Positions 63,901-64,000 of a stretch of 64,000 nt of DNA are shown one piece after another. The position numbers and the translations under genes were made by a program. The first letter of the stretch is position 1. Each line of letters begins with the position of its first letter. This stretch comes from Eledone cirrhosa (taxonomy: Eukaryota): contig OZ024742.1 of NCBI GenBank assembly GCA_964016885.1, forward strand, positions 166,222,001 to 166,286,000. Reading direction: 5' to 3'. Below the pieces are notes generated by a model. It saw nothing but the letters and a program-made list of their open reading frames with translations. It ran no database searches and had not been told where the DNA came from.

Positions 63901-64000
63901 AATATCCAGCCGTCCAAGGAGACATATTTTCCAGCCGTCCAAGGAGAGGTAATTTCTAGCCGTCCAAGGGGAGATAAATTCCAGCCTCCAAGGGGAGATA
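60937..64000 (+). repeat. Truncated family II unit followed by the start of a Ib unit (from ~63499)
   Basis: Markers 62153/62582/63556 equal 33925/34354/35328 + 28228. TCATTGGG head at ~63738. Confidence 0.8.

Larger units (their letters stand above)
1..64000 (+). repeat. Composite two-monomer tandem satellite array (26-29 bp A monomer plus 25 bp B monomer) with higher-order structure; runs off both window ends
   Basis: Every line consists of TCAGGGGGAGATAATTTGT(A)n or CCAAGGGGAGATAATTTCCAGCCGT or 1-4 nt variants of them, all head-to-tail in one orientation. No inversion or foreign insertion seen. Confidence 0.99.

Noticed and set aside
63-63942. About 190 minus-strand ORFs of 60-266 aa (e.g. 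9690-10490, 34354-35154, 59991-60791)
   Set aside because: They are translations of the repeat. The reverse complement of B has no stop in any frame and that of A has only one TGA. Most starts are TTG from CCAA. Frames overlap and shift with A-tract length, and no domain is recognisable.
1-64000. CRISPR-like pattern of a constant core plus variable intervening sequence
   Set aside because: The intervening segments are only ~12-16 bp and belong to two recurring classes rather than being unique spacers. There is no leader and no cas gene.
1-64000. Telomeric repeat or canonical G-quadruplex array
   Set aside because: The two-monomer HOR architecture is not expected of telomerase-templated DNA, and the ~21-24 nt spacing between G runs far exceeds canonical G4 loops.
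1-64000. Embedded transposon, rDNA/tRNA gene or inversion
   Set aside because: I saw no non-satellite sequence, terminal repeats or reverse-orientation monomers.
1-64000. Sequencing or assembly artefact as the origin of the whole array
   Set aside because: Copies carry consistent shared variants plus private SNPs and reproducible homopolymer lengths, which fits real evolved DNA. The order of individual HORs still needs read support.

Overview
The whole 64 kb window is one uninterrupted, single-orientation tandem satellite array. I found no genes, RNA genes, transposons or unique sequence. It is built from two related monomers that share the core CA(G/A)GGGGAGATAATTT. Monomer A is TCAGGGGGAGATAATTTGT(A)7-10 (26-29 bp) and monomer B is CCAAGGGGAGATAATTTCCAGCCGT (25 bp). 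They occur in alternating blocks (roughly 2,400 monomers, estimated from length). Diagnostic variants show nested organisation: monomers, then ~0.5-0.9 kb A/B modules, then ~4.0-4.3 kb higher-order repeats (HORs) of two main families plus a variant, then a ~25-28 kb super-period seen about 2.5 times. This resembles eukaryotic centromeric or heterochromatic satellite, but I cannot identify the organism or family from sequence alone. All supplied ORFs are artefacts of the repeat and were used only as positional markers. HOR boundaries are approximate and depend on the register chosen.
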